Positions 8,696 to 17,009 of a DNA stretch of 64,000 bases are shown piece by piece; positions within the stretch are counted from its first letter, which is position 1; the number at the start of each line of letters is the position of its first letter. The stretch is from a virus, in IMG/VR virus record IMGVR_UViG_3300020438_000021, positions 15,175-79,174 of that record; one strand, written 5' to 3'. The position numbers and the translations under genes were made by a program. The notes beneath the pieces are model-generated. The model was not told where the DNA came from. It did not search any database and saw nothing but the letters and a program-made list of their open reading frames with translations.

Positions 8696-8709
8696 TTTAT
8701 AAGGCGATG
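8696..8709 (+). promoter_or_regulatory. Divergent archaeal TATA-box promoter TTTATAAGGCGATG
   Basis: Shares the ATAAGGCGATG tail of the repeat but has a canonical TTTATA box; points rightwards. Confidence 0.6.
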
Positions 8710-8867
8710 AATTGGAATAGGGTTGCTCAGATTCAGTTGTGGGTTTCCATTGGCTGACTCTTATTTGTGCAGTAGTTTCTATAACCGCATTTAGTAGACA
8801 TTCGCTAGTTGTCTTTATTTATACTTACCAAAAACTACTGTTCGGAGAAAGGATGTAAATCACATTC

Positions 8868-9225
8868 CCTATATGTATATTATATCATATATATCATATG
8901 GATATCTAATGACATATTTTCATATTGCATATCGTAGTGTAATTACAACAATTTCTATTATTCTCATATATTCTCGATATTCTCATTGAGTGAGAAAATT
9001 AAAATGTGGCTAAACAGTGTAGAATTAATGATTATAATTAATATTATCATATTATCATTATTATCATCATCTATACTACTACTACTATGTTACATACTCT
9101 ACTCTCTCTCTCCTATGGAGAGCGTGATAAAATTGATAAAATGATAAAAAGAGCGAAAAACGCAACACTGCTCTAAAGTTGTATTTTATCATCTACTGAT
9201 AATTTATGATAATAAATGATAAAAG
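8868..9225. repeat. AT-rich region with TTATCA/TGATAA iterons; candidate replication origin
   Basis: Many ATTATCAT, ATTCTC and TGATAA copies in both orientations at the coding-strand switch; no ORF. Confidence 0.55.
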
Positions 9226-9246
9226 CACAAACAGGTTGGAAATAAC

Positions 9247-9570
9247 ATGACAGAAGAAAAGAACAATTGGGGTGCGAAGACACCAAGCAAAACAGAAGAT
9301 GCGATGACGGACTCTCAGCGAAAGATTGCTGAAGTTTGTGATGAGATGAAGACTATGCTTCTTCAGAAGAACAGGCAGTATGGCGATTCAGTGTTGAATC
9401 CTAGTAGGTTCTTTTCTCATGCAGACCAAGAAGAACAAATCAAAGTCAGAATCGATGACAAGTTGAACAGGCTTGTTCAAGGTAATGACTCACTAGAATC
9501 AGATGACGATATCATAATGGATTTGATAGGTTATCTGACTCTACTACTTGTCTCTAGAAGAGATGAGTAA
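9247..9570 (+). CDS. DUF1599 / nucleotide-modification-associated domain 1-like protein (all-alpha NTP pyrophosphatase-like)
   Basis: KNRQYGDS...VRIDDKLNRL...DLIGY motifs. Confidence 0.7.
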   Translation: MTEEKNNWGAKTPSKTEDAMTDSQRKIAEVCDEMKTMLLQKNRQYGDSVLNPSRFFSHADQEEQIKVRIDDKLNRLVQGNDSLESDDDIIMDLIGYLTLLLVSRRDE

Positions 9571-10145
9571 TCACACTCCACAAACGTTCGTAGAACCAAG
9601 AGCATCTTAGCGGTTGCTCGGTGAACGTGGAGACTTGGGGGTTTCCAAGTAATAAGAAGGAAAGATGACAGGGTCGTGACAGAAACGAAGAACATGGAGT
9701 CTAGCGACAATATCAGTATTCGTGGAAAACGAGTTCGTTCGATGAGGTTTGGTTAATTCCGAATCGTGGAACAATCGAATGGCTTTGCGCTATAAAAAAT
9801 AAAGCAGGTTAATTCGGTCACATAAATAACATTGGCAATGTGTTCTACCACAATGCAGTTCCCTACCCGTAGGTAATGGCACAGGACAGACTTTCTTCCC
9901 CCCTCTCAATTCAAACATCGGTTTACTGCGGTAAAAAATGCAAATCAATAGCAGTGATGGAATCATCTCCTCCATGCATTTATCCGATATCACACTCGCA
10001 AGAGCAGAGTTTTACTACAAGATAAAAAAGACAGAAACGTGTATCGAAACACGCTGGAATTGTTCGGTGCTAATATCGCTAGTGGTGTAGGCTGTGGCGG
10101 TCTATGTCTTTCTCTGCTATTACATTCAATTAACAATAGGAGGCA

Positions 10146-10724
10146 ATGAAAATGAATATATTTACTTTAGACGAAAACCCAAGAACAAGTGCAAAGATGA
10201 TGCTGGACAAGCATGTGGTCAAGATGCCAACCGAGAGTTTGCAGATGCTATTTACAATAGTTGACCATGTTGGCTTGGAAGCAGGTTGGAAGCCTGTGAT
10301 GTTGAATCACCCATCTACCATTTGGGCGAGAGAGTCACAACAGAACTTTCGCTGGTTGCGTGAGCATACCTATGCACTGTGCAGGGAGTATACTCACAGA
10401 TATAGCAGGATTCACAAGGTCGAGGTTCTGATGAACAGATATGCAGAACAGATGGATGAGGCAACTTGGCTTCTTCCTGATATTGGGTTGACTCCCTTTG
10501 CTATTGCTATTTCTCCTCACATGGAGTGTAGGAAGGCAGATGACTTTGATGGCATGACAACAATCGAGAAGTATCGTCAATACTATCTTGATGACAAGTG
10601 GCGATTCGCTTCTTGGACTAAGAGAGAAGAACCGGAATGGTGGCCGAAAGACCACTATCTGAAAAAGTCGTTTGACTACAAGCAAGAGGCAAACGCATTA
10701 CTAATGAGGTTGGGATTGGTATGA
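10146..10724 (+). CDS. Pyrimidine-dimer DNA glycosylase (DenV-like) family protein
   Basis: MNIFTLD...DKHVVKMPTESLQML...HPSTIWARES...YRQYY..DK..FASW. Confidence 0.75.
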   Translation: MKMNIFTLDENPRTSAKMMLDKHVVKMPTESLQMLFTIVDHVGLEAGWKPVMLNHPSTIWARESQQNFRWLREHTYALCREYTHRYSRIHKVEVLMNRYAEQMDEATWLLPDIGLTPFAIAISPHMECRKADDFDGMTTIEKYRQYYLDDKWRFASWTKREEPEWWPKDHYLKKSFDYKQEANALLMRLGLV

Positions 10725-10891
10725 GGATAATTAAGATAATGAGAGAACAGGATGTTTGCAGTATTTGTGATGGAACTGGAACGGCAGTTTTACAAACCGC
10801 AGATGGTGAGAAAGAACCTGTCCCTTGTCTGTGTCTGTGTGAGCCGACTTACAGTGAGTGGTTGGCATTACACGGAATTGAAGAAGAATGA
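10721..10891 (+). CDS. Small CxxCxGxG zinc-finger protein (not in ORF track)
   Basis: CSICDGTG...PCLC; ATGA overlaps on both sides. Confidence 0.65.
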   Translation: MRIIKIMREQDVCSICDGTGTAVLQTADGEKEPVPCLCLCEPTYSEWLALHGIEEE

Positions 10892-11178
10892 AAGGGTATA
10901 TCCGATTCACAAATGGTATTGTCTCTGTTGAAGAGATGCAAGCATTCACTTGGAGACCATTGGATGAGGATGACCCATTGATGGACAGATTCAGGAACAG
11001 AGAACACGAACACATTGAGAAGTTCTTCAGCATCCTGATATTCCTTCGTGGTGGTCAGAAGTTCATGACTGCCACAACTAAGAACAACTTGAATGATATG
11101 ATTAAGAGATTCAAGCACAAGAACAAAGGTGAACAATATGAATATAATAATGAAGATATGGGGGCGGAAAGCCCTTGA
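10888..11178 (+). CDS. Hypothetical protein
   Basis: ORF in tightly coupled operon. Confidence 0.7.
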   Translation: MKGYIRFTNGIVSVEEMQAFTWRPLDEDDPLMDRFRNREHEHIEKFFSILIFLRGGQKFMTATTKNNLNDMIKRFKHKNKGEQYEYNNEDMGAESP

Positions 11179-11431
11179 AGATGAGTATAACGATTTAACT
11201 AACTGTACTCTTGATGCTGCTGTGATGTCGTATGGTGAAACATATGAGAGCATAATAGAATTGGCAGGAACGCCAAACATCAATGTCCTTTGGAGAAAGG
11301 AACGTGTGTATCTTGAGATACTGAAGAAGAGGAGAGTAGAGAGAATCTTGATGAAAATCGCCAAGCCAATTGGTGGTTTGTTTCAAGCGTTGATTCCCAA
11401 AGACGAATTTAATGGGAGGTATAAGAAATGA
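11129..11431 (+). CDS. Hypothetical protein
   Basis: ORF in operon; start uncertain. Confidence 0.65.
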   Translation: MNNMNIIMKIWGRKALEDEYNDLTNCTLDAAVMSYGETYESIIELAGTPNINVLWRKERVYLEILKKRRVERILMKIAKPIGGLFQALIPKDEFNGRYKK

Positions 11432-11610
11432 AAGAAGTAATAGAAATAATGAAAATAAAAATGAAAGACATGAAAGACGCATTGTTGTTCGGCAAGAAGC
11501 CGGACATCATGAAAGACCCCGCACACTGGCGAAGAGTGTTTTGGAGGGCTGGACATGAGAGGTCTCTGCGAATGTTAGAAGAGACTGAAAGGCAAGGATA
11601 TGAGTGGTGA
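11428..11610 (+). CDS. Hypothetical protein
   Basis: GGAGGT RBS, ATGA overlap. Confidence 0.6.
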   Translation: MKEVIEIMKIKMKDMKDALLFGKKPDIMKDPAHWRRVFWRAGHERSLRMLEETERQGYEW

Positions 11611-11861
11611 AGAAAATGGACATGGTAGAATTTAGACTAGTTAATGACCCAACAATGCCACCGATAATAATAACGATGGATGAGAATGACTTCCCGAAAG
11701 TTGTGATGAATGCAGAACACAGGGTTTGGTTATCTCTTCACCGTAAGACAATTGGTGGTAGTGCTGAAGCACTGTTCGGCAAGATAAACGACCTTCTAAC
11801 TGCTTTCCTAGCAGAACAGAGAAGTTATGAAATGATGGATAGAACTGATGAACATGAGTAA
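11604..11861 (+). CDS. Hypothetical protein
   Basis: ORF in operon. Confidence 0.7.
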   Translation: MVKKMDMVEFRLVNDPTMPPIIITMDENDFPKVVMNAEHRVWLSLHRKTIGGSAEALFGKINDLLTAFLAEQRSYEMMDRTDEHE

Positions 11862-11973
11862 AGAGATTGGAAGATGTGCAAAATGCAGGAGGATGGGAGT
11901 ATTATGGAAGTCCTACACTGGAAGCGGTGTTTACTGCAAAGCATGTTCCATGAAAGAGTATGTAGGTGAATGA
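11854..11973 (+). CDS. 39-aa CxxC..CxxC microprotein (not in ORF track)
   Basis: MSKEIGRCAKCRR...YCKACSMKEYVGE; overlaps both neighbours. Confidence 0.6.
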   Translation: MSKEIGRCAKCRRMGVLWKSYTGSGVYCKACSMKEYVGE

Positions 11974-13124
11974 AAATGGAAATACCAAGAGAAGCAATAG
12001 AATTAACAATGGAAAGAGAAGATTACGTTACAGCAAAGAGAGAACTAGGAAATGGTAGATGGGATAAGAAACTGAGAGAGAACATGACTTCTCTTTCGGT
12101 TGCTGACAACTACGATGATGCGAAGCATGAGTGGATTGCAACAGGAGAAGTTTGGTGGCAAGGAATCGGAACACCGAGACCCGCATGGGCAGAGAACCAT
12201 CCGAACAAGTGCCTATGTGAGCATCACATTGTATATCATTTCGAGATACATAACACTGAGACTGATGTTAGGGAGTGTGTTGGTTCAGACCACATTAACT
12301 CCTACATGATTCTGAGGGCAATTGTAGAAGAGACAGGTATCAGTGCCGATGCGATTACTGAAGACATGATTCAAGAATGGATTGATGTCAGAGTTGCAGC
12401 ACTAATCAAGGATGCTTGGTGGAGACACAACGGAGAGGACTTTGAGAGAACGTTCAACGAAATCAAGGAGTTGGATTTGAGAGTCAATGTTCGTAGGTCA
12501 GGCAGAAAGGTGTATGACCAGTCTCTAGGCGTTACAATAGATGAGACTAAGATTCGTAAGAAAGGAAGTGGAAGACCGGGTTCTATGGATTACGAGATGG
12601 CCTCTATCGTTTGGCGATGGAATCATCCCGATAACCCGAAGGCTCAGATACACACTAGGGGATATCCTAATGATAAACTAATCACTGACTTGGATATCTT
12701 TCACATGCTGATTGATAGACACAAGGCTACGGTAGCAGCAGAGGATGAGGCTATCGAGACTCAGCAATTGAAGAACGAGGAATATCGAAAGCAGATAGCA
12801 ATCAGGAACAGTGTGCTTCGTGAGAAGAAAGAGCATGAGTTCCATGATGCATGTGAATATTTTGATATCCCAGTGTTCAACCCTGAGATGGGCATCAATC
12901 AATGGGAGAAGAGATTCTTGACAGACATGGAGAGTCGAGTTATCAGACGAAGAGACTTGTCACCGAGGCAAGTTATTAAGTTGAAAGCAATAATCAATCG
13001 CTATAATGATAAGCCAACTGAACGTCAGGTGAATTACCTGCGCTCATTGGGCTACGAAGGTAATACTGAGGATTTAACAAAGGGAGAAGTCTCTAAGTTA
13101 ATAGATGAATACAAGGAGGAATAA
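11970..13124 (+). CDS. Hypothetical protein with CxCxH...CxxxxH metal-binding motif
   Basis: CLCEHHI...CVGSDHI; C-terminal PTERQVNYL...LTKGEVSKLI helical module. Confidence 0.85.
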   Translation: MKMEIPREAIELTMEREDYVTAKRELGNGRWDKKLRENMTSLSVADNYDDAKHEWIATGEVWWQGIGTPRPAWAENHPNKCLCEHHIVYHFEIHNTETDVRECVGSDHINSYMILRAIVEETGISADAITEDMIQEWIDVRVAALIKDAWWRHNGEDFERTFNEIKELDLRVNVRRSGRKVYDQSLGVTIDETKIRKKGSGRPGSMDYEMASIVWRWNHPDNPKAQIHTRGYPNDKLITDLDIFHMLIDRHKATVAAEDEAIETQQLKNEEYRKQIAIRNSVLREKKEHEFHDACEYFDIPVFNPEMGINQWEKRFLTDMESRVIRRRDLSPRQVIKLKAIINRYNDKPTERQVNYLRSLGYEGNTEDLTKGEVSKLIDEYKEE

Positions 13125-13126
13125 TA

Positions 13127-13330
13127 ATGACAAAGAAAAAAGAAACAAAAGAGAAGAAGACTGAAGAACAGATGCCCGTAGTTGACGAGAAGGATGCAAG
13201 AATTGCAGAACTCACCAATCAACTACAACAAGTAATGCAAGTGGCGAACAACCACATTGCTCTCTGTAAAGAGTACGAAAAGACAATCGCCATTCTATCA
13301 GGTAGAATACGTGTTTTGAATGGTGATTAA
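13127..13330 (+). CDS. Small coiled-coil protein
   Basis: GGAGG RBS; heptad pattern. Confidence 0.7.
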   Translation: MTKKKETKEKKTEEQMPVVDEKDARIAELTNQLQQVMQVANNHIALCKEYEKTIAILSGRIRVLNGD

Positions 13331-13363
13331 ACAAAAGAAGAATGAATAAAAAAAAGGAGGAAA

Positions 13364-13570
13364 ATGAAAATGAAATTGATAATACAAGATGACACAGGAC
13401 ACACGGAAATGGAAGTAAACGTAGCAGGTCTCATGGAGCAGATAAACGACCACCCTAACCATTGGGTAGTTGTCGATGAGACAGTAATATTCAGCGAGAA
13501 CATCGCTGATGTTGATTGGGAAACAGTCAATGAAGTTAAACTGATGGAAGAAGTCGTAGGCGGCTACTGA
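13364..13570 (+). CDS. Ubiquitin-like (beta-grasp, SAMP/ThiS-like) protein ending ...VVGG-Y
   Basis: 68 aa; strand-strand-helix-strand pattern (KLIIQD / TEMEV / helix / WVVVD / EVKLM) and a di-Gly followed by one residue; AGGAGG RBS; E1 and JAB genes nearby. Confidence 0.7.
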   Translation: MKMKLIIQDDTGHTEMEVNVAGLMEQINDHPNHWVVVDETVIFSENIADVDWETVNEVKLMEEVVGGY

Positions 13571-13611
13571 ATCGGTTTTAGATAGTCTTAGCAGTAGTAG
13601 TTCGACTGCCG

Positions 13612-13636
13612 GAAGGGTGCAACGCCCTTCTTTTTT
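13612..13636 (+). terminator. Hairpin plus T-tract after the Ubl gene
   Basis: GAAGGG-TGCAACG-CCCTTC-TTTTTT. Confidence 0.6.
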
Positions 13637-13658
13637 AACTCAACAAGGAGATGAATTT

Positions 13659-15548
13659 ATGGAAATACAACAAGAGATACTATCAGATATCACTGTGCAT
13701 ATGAAGTATGCAAAGTGGAAAGAAGCAGACCAGCGAAAGGAAACTTGGGAAGAGATTTGTCAGAGAAACAGACAGATGCATCTAGACTCTATCAGAAAGA
13801 GAGACCTACCCGAAGAAACAAAACAGACAATTTACGAGAAGATTCACGACACTTATGATAACTATGTTATCCCAAAGAAGGTACTACCTTCAATGAGGTC
13901 GATGCAGTTTGCAGGTAAGCCGATTGAACTGTCACCAAACAGGGTATACAATTGTGCATACATGCCTATCGACCACTACTTGTCTTTCTCAGAAGCAATG
14001 TTTCTATTGCTAGGAGGAACAGGTGTTGGCTACTCAGTGCAGAGGCATCATGTAGACCAGTTGCCTGAGATTAGGTTGCCCAACCCAAAGAGAACTTACA
14101 GACATCTAGTTGCAGACTCCATCGAAGGATGGGCAGATGCAGTCAAGGTTCTGTTTGAGTCTTACATTGGTAAGAGAGCAACGACAGTTAGATTCGACTA
14201 TTCAGATGTCAGGCCAAAGGGAAGTCCACTGAAGACCAGTGGAGGGAAAGCACCCGGCCCACAACCTCTGAAAGAATGTCTAGTGAAGGTCGAAGGTATT
14301 CTCGCTAACAAGAACAACGGCGACAAACTAACCACATTAGAAGCACACGATATCGTTTGCTATATTGCAGATGCAGTATTGGCAGGTGGTATTCGCAGAG
14401 CAGCACTAATCAGTCTGTTCAGTGCAGATGACGATGATATGATAACATCTAAGTCAGGACACTTTTGGGAGAAGAACCCACAGAGAGCAAGAGCAAACAA
14501 CTCAGTGGTTCTACTACGACACAGAATCAAGAGGGACTTCTTCAACAATCTATGGAAGCGAGTTCAAGATTCAGGTTCAGGTGAACCCGGATTTTATTTC
14601 AGCAACGATAAGGATTGGGGAACTAACCCTTGCTGTGAAATAGCACTCAGACCGTATCAGTTCTGTAACTTAACAGAAGTGAATGTGTCTGATGTGTCTA
14701 GTCAGTCCGACCTTAACAAGAGAGTAGAACATGCTACGTTCTTAGGAACACTGCAAGCATCCTACACTGACTTCCACTATCTAAGGGAAGTTTGGAAGAA
14801 GACATCTGAGAAAGATGCTCTGCTTGGTGTGTCAATGACTGGGATAGCAAGTGGTAGAGTTCTAGACTTAGATATGGAGTCTGCTGCAAACAAAGCAAGA
14901 AGCACGAATGAGTTCTTCGCTAATGCATTGGGTATCAATACCGCAGCGAGGATAACTTGTGTCAAACCTGCTGGAACTACCAGTCTAGTTATGGGAACAT
15001 CATCAGGTATTCACGCTTGGTGGTCTGAGTATTACATCAGGAGAATTAGGGTGCTAAAGACAGAAGCAATCTACAACTATCTGATAACCAAGTTCCCTGA
15101 TTTAGTGGAGGATGACTACCACAATCCGAATCAGGCTATCATCTCCATACCTCAGAAGACTCCCGATGGGACTTCGATAACAAGAGATGAATCAGCATTG
15201 GAGATGTTGGAGAGAGTGAAGAAAGTATCAGTCGATTGGGTTGTAACAGGACACAATCGAGGTGTCAACACTCACAATGTTTCTGCAACTGTCAACATCC
15301 GTGAGGATGAATGGGATGATGTAAGGAACTGGATGTGGAAGAACAGAGACTTCTACAATGGTCTATCTGTTCTACCGTTCGATGGTGGTGTCTACAAGCA
15401 AGCACCTCACGAACCGATAAGCAAGAAGCAATACGAAACTATGCTCAGACTTCTGACTGAAATCAATTTGACAGAAGTAGTCGAGTTAGAAGACAACACC
15501 GACTTGCAAGGAGAACTTGCTTGTGCAGGTGGAGTCTGTGAAATATGA
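13659..15548 (+). CDS. nrdJ: Class II (adenosylcobalamin-dependent) ribonucleotide reductase
   Basis: YNCA, GGIRRAALI, TNPCCEI, FCNLTE, VKPAGT, C-terminal CAGGVCEI; start revised to ATG 13659 after GGAGATGA. Confidence 0.95.
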   Translation: MEIQQEILSDITVHMKYAKWKEADQRKETWEEICQRNRQMHLDSIRKRDLPEETKQTIYEKIHDTYDNYVIPKKVLPSMRSMQFAGKPIELSPNRVYNCAYMPIDHYLSFSEAMFLLLGGTGVGYSVQRHHVDQLPEIRLPNPKRTYRHLVADSIEGWADAVKVLFESYIGKRATTVRFDYSDVRPKGSPLKTSGGKAPGPQPLKECLVKVEGILANKNNGDKLTTLEAHDIVCYIADAVLAGGIRRAALISLFSADDDDMITSKSGHFWEKNPQRARANNSVVLLRHRIKRDFFNNLWKRVQDSGSGEPGFYFSNDKDWGTNPCCEIALRPYQFCNLTEVNVSDVSSQSDLNKRVEHATFLGTLQASYTDFHYLREVWKKTSEKDALLGVSMTGIASGRVLDLDMESAANKARSTNEFFANALGINTAARITCVKPAGTTSLVMGTSSGIHAWWSEYYIRRIRVLKTEAIYNYLITKFPDLVEDDYHNPNQAIISIPQKTPDGTSITRDESALEMLERVKKVSVDWVVTGHNRGVNTHNVSATVNIREDEWDDVRNWMWKNRDFYNGLSVLPFDGGVYKQAPHEPISKKQYETMLRLLTEINLTEVVELEDNTDLQGELACAGGVCEI

Positions 15549-15844
15549 ATAGGGAACAAGTCCTAGCAATAGAAAGCGATGTCATCGATAGGATGGCTAA
15601 CGCTGGTGCGAAGGAAAGTCTCTCTAACTTATACAAGAGGACTAGGGAAGATGGGAGGAAAACCCCATCTACTCTAGTTCTCAACAGAATCAGATATTAT
15701 ATTCGGTTAGGTTATACCGATTTATCGACAGAGGAATTAGAGTCTCTGTATAATAAGAAACTATACTATGAAAGAAATGGTGATGATAATGAAAATAAAA
15801 ATGGAACTACCAAGAATAAGAAGCGACAGGGAAAGGACTACTGA
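15545..15844 (+). CDS. Hypothetical protein
   Basis: ATGA-coupled ORF. Confidence 0.65.
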   Translation: MNREQVLAIESDVIDRMANAGAKESLSNLYKRTREDGRKTPSTLVLNRIRYYIRLGYTDLSTEELESLYNKKLYYERNGDDNENKNGTTKNKKRQGKDY

Positions 15845-17009
15845 AACAAGTTCATTTCTTTGTAAGACCAATAGATACCACAGGCATCTAACTTCAAGGA
15901 ACGTTAATCGCTATGGTGAAATATACATCAGGATAACTAACAGAGATAGTCTATCAAAGAAGAAGTTTCATGAGAACGCTTATTGGAACACGTTTGCGAA
16001 GCATATGTATGATATATTCGTGCAGACTAATGAAAACAGTAAGTCCGATGAGAGGACATGGATAACATTCCGATACCCGAATGGTGAGGCTTCAGTCATA
16101 CTACGAAAGACTGGTAGCACTATCTACATGAATGGTGTGAAGAAGAACCAAGTCGATGTGTCTATGGCTCTTGCCAAGATTATTGCCTATGGTTCTATGA
16201 CTAGATGTGCAGATACGATGGAGTCATATATTGACAGGAACGTTACTTACTCTGCGAACATACTGTATGCATTACAGAACAGAACGCCTTATTGGATGTT
16301 CTCTGAAGGCACTCAGTATAATGTCAAGATTAACACTAATCTAATAAGCAGGGAAGAAGTGGCATTTGAGATTTCAAAGAACATTTGGGGTTCGTTGCCT
16401 ATCGAGGAAGCAAACACATTCATCGACTGTTACAGGAACAAAGCACAGAGGTCAAAGAAATGGGCTAACATCAGCCCTTCTAATTTGTGGTTCAATATGT
16501 TTGGCTCTCATGCCACTGAGTCAGAAGAGGCTTTGATGAAAGCGTGGTTGATGCAGAACAGAACTGATTGGATTGTGGAAGAGAGAGCATTCACCTTACT
16601 GAAAGGAATGGATAAGAAAGAGCAATATACATTAGTTGACTTAAAAAAGCCACCTTTCTCTAATCTAAGATTAGAAGGCAAATCTAAAAACTATCATTTT
16701 GCCATGCATATTAAAGGACAGTTGGGAGATTGGCTGTGTTATCCTAATAACAACCAATCAGGAACACAAAGATGTAAGTTGGTGTTCCTCACTTCTCTTA
16801 ATGAGTTTCAAGGTCCATTCTGTGTTGATGATGTCAATGGAAGAAATGTAATGGGAGACCAAATATCAACGAGGTCAACCCTCGTCTACAATGACACCGT
16901 GGCGACTAAGATTGTCAGGACTCTAACTGATGTCAAGGCAACTAACTTCAGAGTTCCCGATGCAACGTTAAAGGCTGCTAGATTCACGGAGGACATAACA
17001 TGGAGATAG
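15768..17009 (+). CDS. Hypothetical protein; C-terminal region is a candidate divergent E2 (UBC-like) domain
   Basis: MHIKGQLG...KLVFLT-SLNEFQ-GPFCVD loosely matches E2 IxGP...KVxFxT...GxICLD; no HPN motif. The CDS is solid, the E2 call is inference. Confidence 0.35.
   Translation: MKEMVMIMKIKMELPRIRSDRERTTETSSFLCKTNRYHRHLTSRNVNRYGEIYIRITNRDSLSKKKFHENAYWNTFAKHMYDIFVQTNENSKSDERTWITFRYPNGEASVILRKTGSTIYMNGVKKNQVDVSMALAKIIAYGSMTRCADTMESYIDRNVTYSANILYALQNRTPYWMFSEGTQYNVKINTNLISREEVAFEISKNIWGSLPIEEANTFIDCYRNKAQRSKKWANISPSNLWFNMFGSHATESEEALMKAWLMQNRTDWIVEERAFTLLKGMDKKEQYTLVDLKKPPFSNLRLEGKSKNYHFAMHIKGQLGDWLCYPNNNQSGTQRCKLVFLTSLNEFQGPFCVDDVNGRNVMGDQISTRSTLVYNDTVATKIVRTLTDVKATNFRVPDATLKAARFTEDITWR

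Noticed and set aside
9571-10140. tRNA genes
   Set aside because: No acceptor stem with a properly placed T-loop found by eye; needs tRNAscan-SE to exclude fully
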